Source of the DNA: Tubulanus polymorphus
Taxonomy: Eukaryota > Animalia > Nemertea
Direction of reading: 5' to 3'
Length of the DNA stretch: 64,000 nt
NCBI RefSeq assembly: GCF_964204645.1
Contig: NC_134033.1
Location: 6,286,231-6,350,230, forward strand
A program made the translations under genes and the position numbers. Shown here piece by piece: positions 58,060 through 64,000 of this stretch (positions are counted from its first letter, which is position 1; each line of letters begins with the position of its first letter). The notes below the pieces were generated by a model that saw nothing but the letters and a program-made list of their open reading frames with translations, had not been told where the DNA came from and ran no database searches.

Positions 58060-58175
58060 TCATTCGTGACAAGAAGAATAACCTAGATAAATCGTAAGTT
58101 AAAGAAACTTCCGTAGAAAAAAACAATTTGGAGACTTGGGTAGCAGCCATAATTTATGAAAAGTTCCATTGTCAA

Positions 58176-59354
58176 AACCTTCAAAATCCATTTGCGTGGT
58201 CGAGCAATAGGCAAAATCTATATTTGCTGGTCTGTATTTCATATTCCACGAACGTTAGTGCGTATCGAGCATCTGCCAAGTATTTTTTACAGTATTTTTG
58301 CATGGATAAATGAACCAACAAAGGATAGATGTGGCTGTAAGTTTATAAAACTTATACAATCTTATTTTCATGTCATACTGTCGGTTGATCTATAATGAAA
58401 TATCTATTTCATCTGGTTTAGCACAATCAAGCAAAAACTCATTTCGACTGCTAATCGAGTTATTTTTGGTACCGTATGAATTTCTTTCATAAGAAATCAA
58501 TATCAAAATCTTTATTTTTTTCATGATTCTGTATTACGAGAGTGCCTCATAGCGACAGACGCTAAGTAGCATTCCAGAGGTTCAAGCGATGAAGACAAAA
58601 TTTGGTAAAGGGCTAGGGAGACCTCCAAAACGAAAGGCTTCATCTGATATAGAATTGCCGACAAAATAAGAAGCGAAAACACAGGCTGGGTTGGTACATA
58701 ACAGATTTTGTGCTGATGAATACGCGTGCTCGTACTTGTAAAACATTAGATTTTTGCATTCAGATTATAATGAACACTGCAGAAGATGAGTATTCTATTG
58801 GATATCACCTGAAAACATTGCAGATAGAGAGCTGCAAGCTTAATCCAAATATGGATCCTGTCAATGAAAAAATGCCTCGCACGGTGAAAGTTCGCTGTGA
58901 TAAATTAGCCGATAAAAACTGCGGATGAACAGATTTTCCCGTGATTGCGGAGACCAAAATAGCGGTGTTGTCATATCGCGGTATCACGGAATCGCGAAAT
59001 TTTCCCAAAAAAAACATGGAATTTCTTCATTTTCACTATAAATAGTAACTGGGGTTAATTTTTCCACTAGGATATCCTTTGTCGGAGAAGGGAAAACGAA
59101 CGAAATCTACGTACGCAATGCATTCTCGTGAAACAGCGCTATCAGCAGTGAATCGTATTGATTAGTCTTACGGTATAAGACATACAACGTATAATACGAT
59201 GTTATACAGCAACCTTCAAAATCCATTTGCGTGGTCGAGCAATAGGCAAAATCTATATTTGCTGGTCTGTATTTCATATTCCACGAACGTTAGTGCGTAT
59301 CGAGCATCTGCCAAGTATTTTTGACAGTATTTTTGCATGGATAAATGAACCAAC
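58176..59354 (+). repeat. 144-bp direct repeat pair (58176-58319, 59211-59354)
   Basis: One mismatch seen; starts 1,035 bp apart. Confidence 0.9.
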
Positions 59355-60474
59355 TACAATGAACGTGTTCCCAGTATAACCATAGGTCTGGAATGGATAT
59401 CATCAACGAGTCAACAAACTGCAAGGAATATTACGCTACGGACCTCTTGTATTCTCAAATTCAAAACAGCATGTAAAAATTCGATTACCAACCTATCACG
59501 ATGAAGGTCATCCAGCGCAGCTTTGATAACACACGCTCCTTTGAATTTGCTACCGATCTGTTAGATCTGTTCGTGTCTTGGTTGAATGACCACTGTGAAT
59601 ACTTCGAATGATTTGGATTTGGTTTCCATAGATAATTGTCTGTCTGATGAAATAAAAACCCACAATATAACCAAAAATAAACTACACATTAGATCAGTTT
59701 TTGAAAATGGCCCGTAGAATTGGATCGAAACTTCAAATTCACTAGTTCCTTTCTATTATAATGTGGGTTTTTACTTCATGATTTGGGTTTATCTTTCGCT
59801 GGAGAACTATACTCGTCAAAGAGCGATTCATTTTGGGCACCCGTTCAACAGTTCTCGGTTTAACAATTTTATTTTCAATGTTTTAACTCGAGTTTTAAAT
59901 CACTTTTCTTATGTTTTATATAGAGTTAAATCATAACCGTGGAATAGGGTTCAAATATATACATGTTTCAACTTTCATTTATCCGCTTATCACGAACCTC
60001 TGATGGAGAACAAATAACATTTACCGATATGGAAATATTAGTTTTATCATCTGCTGTTGGCCTATTTTCCATTAATATTTATACAATACTCGGCGCAGGT
60101 GCCGTTTATAATCGAAATTACGTTTATGTATTATTCTGCGGGACTTGATAATGATCATCATTTTCAATTTCAGACTGCAGAGCCACCGGCGCCGCCGCAA
60201 GTAACCCATCCATAAATCCATTGTCTAATAGCTCGGCGATCGAATAAATTTTTTTTTGTATAAACTGCTACGACCAGTTCGTTGTTATTTGAGTGGAATA
60301 GGGACCTGCAAATTTTGTTCAGTTTAAAACATTCGATGAAGCGCTCTTTCTGTCCGTATTGTAACGATAGTGTAAAATCTCATGAGAAAGAAACATGAGC
60401 CCGCAATGTTTCCTTAAGCAATTATTCGAATGTTAAAAAAATTCTAGTTTAACTTTGTGTCACATCTCGTGTGA

Positions 60475-60568
60475 TAATTAGTCTCTTTGTTCTGGATTGT
60501 ATGTATCTCATAATTTTGTTGTAACTCAAGTATTCTTGTATGTGATTAGGATAAAGTCGAAACGTCGT
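60475..60568 (+). repeat. Diverged inverted copy of the Penelope-like 3' end
   Basis: AATTAGTCTCTTTGT...TGGATTGTAT...ATCTCATAATT...TTAGGATAAAGTCGAAACGT matches the reverse complement of ~61960-62060. Confidence 0.65.
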
Positions 60569-61949
60569 ATTGATTGTTAGCTCTAGGAAACATTTCGTAA
60601 TCATTCTCCTTTTTTCTTTTTTGATATTTATTGTTCGATTTTCATTGGTTGTTAGGCTACCGTATTTTGTTGTTCGATTTTTATTGGTTTGCAGGCTACC
60701 GTGAGACCCTAATTCTTATAGACCCTACACTCAGTGTGTCTGTGTGTGTCTGAGTTTCAGCTACTTAGCATCGTTAATAGTTAGTCGATCTTGATGAAAC
60801 TTAGGTACAATGTTTTAAAGGCCCAGTGTGCGATCTAGCGGCAGAACTAAGCACTGCAATCTCTGTTTTTGAGCGAAATGACCACCTAGAAGAAGACTTC
60901 ATAATCAGAGAACGGGGTTGAAATTCAAAAATTTGGCTTTTGGCCCTAGATACAGCATATTTAAAATGCAATGGGAATTAACTTGAGGTAATTTCGGAGT
61001 TCGAGTTCGAGACTGAGCCCGAGAACCGTTGTCGCTTATGGCTCGTTTGAAAAAAATCGGTCGTTTCCATTTGAAAATAAATTGCGCATTACGCCGTACA
61101 AAATCGCGAAAAGCATATGTACGTATTTACTTAAAACATGTTCTTTGCTTTGCTTACGGGTGATATCATGGAAATGAGCGTTATTCCCAGATTTTAAAAG
61201 CATCTGCTGCGTACGTAGTTAATATATACGGCACGGATAAAGCATTGTTTACTCTCACTGGAATTTTCACTTTATCGACTCAATTTCACTGTAGTTATCA
61301 CGGTAATTAAGGTAAGTTTTACAGCTGTGACACTTACGCAGTAATTCCCACGCTGCACTTTACTCGCAGATTTTGTGAAATCACTGGTGATGATGCAACG
61401 ATATCACGGCTTTAATGCACGTATAGCTGCTCGGCGCCGATGGTGGTGATATGAAAACCTTGCATAAAAAGTCGCCTAAACCAGATCTTGATCTGAAGTC
61501 GTCATGGACTTGCAATTTGCAGTTGAATAACTTGTTATGATGAATAATGAATTACAATAATTATAATGACGAATTACATTCAAAGAAGGTTATACGTGGT
61601 TACATTAAATTGCATTGATATACATTTTTCTAGCTAGCATTTCGTAACCTATGTAACCTATTGTAACACCATCATTTTCTTCGTCGAAATGTTCATGTTA
61701 TAACAGTCCTAGTATGATGTACATTTAATTTGGAAATTGGTCCTACGATAGAACAATTGGTATATCGGTCAACCTTGGAAGTGGGTAGTAGGATGCAGCG
61801 TCAGATTTCACTACAGGGCCATTCCACTCACGTGTTAGAAACTACCAAAGCCAAACTAATTCAACCCCCAACTAGGGGCTTGCCGCATCAGACTGGGGAT
61901 GGGGAGAGAATCCCACAATGATAATAAAAAGTCCGAAAATGAAACTTCG

Positions 61950-62599
61950 AGTAGTTTATTTCAACGTTTCGACTATATCCTAATAGTCATCTTCAGGAAT
62001 AATGAGATACTACAGAAATTATGAGATATATATACAATCCAGAGACAAAGAGACTAATTCAAGTAATCAGAGATGATACAAACTAAAGGAAAATTAACGT
62101 AGAAACAGTTACACGCTAAAATGGATTAAAGGGAAGCAAACTAAGGGGTAATTATAAACAACAATAGTGAGTATAAATATAAATGAAACTTAAAGTCACT
62201 AGTAAAAAGAAAGACAAACTAGGGGGCACTTAAATTAAAACAAAGGTGAATACAAGTTAAGTCAGAGACGAAATTGATGAGAGAACAAATAACAAATAAT
62301 CAAAGGGGAAATCAAGTGTTGAGTTTAACCAGTTTACAGAGGAATTTTGATATAAGTTTATTATGGGGTGAAAAACCGTTGTTAAGGTTTACAACGTTGT
62401 TCGAATTTTCAATAATTAATGCAGATTCCAAAATATGTCTTCTAGTTTTATCGCTGCAAGGGTAAATTAATTCAGCATTAGCAAAATCAAAATTGTGTGA
62501 CGTCTGAAAAACATGACTAGCAACTCCGCTTTCAGGTTTAAAGTTTTTTACATCTAATTTATGCTCTTTTATGCGTTGATTAAGATTCCGACCTGTTTC
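61950..62599 (-). mobile_element. Penelope-like element 3' remnant (GIY-YIG C-terminus plus 3' UTR)
   Basis: Minus frame 62599-62312: ETGRNLNQRIKEHK...VASHV...HNFDF...RHILESALI...NLNNG. Confidence 0.85.
61955..62003 (-). ncRNA. Minimal type I hammerhead ribozyme (PLE-type)
   Basis: CUGAAGA-U-GACUAU[UAGGAU]AUAGUC-GAAACGUU with palindromic ACGU stem III; short, imperfect stem I. Confidence 0.65.
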
Positions 62600-64000
62600 T
62601 CAGACTGGGGAAGATAATTAATAACACGAACCGGAACCAACATTTTAATAATCTTCCGACTATGTCCTTAATTCGATTTCCGATTTCAAAATCAAACCGC
62701 TGATTTGCTCCTGGCAGGGTTGGTAATTTAGTAATTTGGTAACAGGGGTGGTTTATTTGCAAGTTACATAAATTTTCAATCAAATAAAATCGAAATAAGA
62801 GGGAACCTATTTCATTGTCAACGACTCCAAGTATACTCTTCAACTGTGGAACTAGGTCCCTGGTTTTTGTAATAACTGCAGATAAGCTCATATCCACTTA
62901 TATCACACTAATGATGCCTTATCAACGCCAGTATCGGGTCTAATTCACCGTCATAGGAATGCGCATAAAAATTATCGCTTGGTGGTTAATGATCGCATCA
63001 GCGATTTCCCGTGTTTAGTCACCTGACCAATTTCCACAGTCATGGGTTCCACAATCTTGGTGGTCGAAATATGATCAGTTCCAATCAGCCGTACAACGAG
63101 TATAGAAAACCCTGGTTCTGAACGTATGTATCAGAGGGCATTGTTCGTAGGCATACGGTCAGGCTTTGTAAGTGAATATTGAGCTAGTGGGTGAACAAAC
63201 TAATTCTCCGTGAACAACGAAACCCTCGTCAATAAAAGTACCGGTAATAATATGAATTGTCGAATCAATTATTCAAATATAAATAATAGGAATAACGTTA
63301 TATTATCATATAGTTTGCCCATTCCGCGACAGAGACTATAAATAACGAAACGCGACAGAAACTCGTTGTTAACTGTATATCGGAATACATACAATCTTAA
63401 ACCCAAAGAACCAGAGCTACTGTCAACGATTACTTTTCAGGTTTTGGATATTTCTTAAGATTTGCTTATTGTATCGTCTGCGATAAAACAGACGAAAAGG
63501 TCAGCAACATTTTCGGACATCAATTCATTTTGCAGCGGACGAAATGAAAAATGCCTTTTGATGTCTCGTATCGAAATACATGTTTTTGATTTACGCGGAC
63601 ACGGATTACTGCGAGTGATTTGTTGACTAAGGACTATGAGAATAAAAAGTGATGAACAGCGGATGCTTTTAACTACAACTCAGAACTAGTGGCGATGATC
63701 TACGCGATGATCTAAGATTCTTACACTCGGAGAAGATACACGTACATTACAATGGAACTTTGAACACGTGGACCGAAATGTGTTAGTATTTCGGCGTACA
63801 ACATGAAGACTTCATGAAAAAACATTGGAAACTGTATGTATTTCTATGAAGTTTATTGTGTTGTCAAGTTGTTCGCTGCTCCGGCAATGTACCAGCTTCT
63901 GGATGTACCAATCGAACGTGTTCTAAAGGTACCAGTCATACACTATTTTCTAAAGGTCAGTCAAAAAGTGGATTCTGAAGGTACTACTCAAAGACTTCAT

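Overview
AT-rich, transposon-dense animal genomic DNA, probably an invertebrate (spliceosomal introns, rhodopsin-type GPCRs). Main contents: (1) a young, complete BEL/Pao LTR retrotransposon (299-6330) whose gag and pol are in frame, separated by one TGA. (2) Two intronless GPCR paralogs in divergent orientation (8260-9210 minus, 43703-44644 plus). (3) A ~3.3 kb AT-rich element with long inverted repeats and hairpin-capable ends (9911-13267); it has no polymerase or integrase but carries five Maverick-type terminal motifs, so it is a candidate satellite/non-autonomous Maverick parasite. (4) A full-length 16.6 kb Maverick/Polinton (15906-32468, 120/122-bp TIRs, TSD AACGTT) with pPolB, minor and major capsid, integrase and packaging ATPase. 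Its pPolB carries a 355-aa intein with a LAGLIDADG homing endonuclease, inserted in the catalytic YxD|TDS motif; this is the most striking finding. (5) The Maverick sits in the RNase H of a decayed Gmr1-type Gypsy element, which also carries a LINE insertion and a 3,097-bp tandem duplication. (6) CR1/L2-group LINEs, a tRNA-iMet pseudogene and a Penelope-like remnant with a minimal hammerhead ribozyme. (7) A four-coding-exon host gene missed by the ORF track (56905-58059), encoding a 106-aa secreted prepro-peptide that resembles an antimicrobial or cytolytic peptide. All calls are by eye; no database searches were run.
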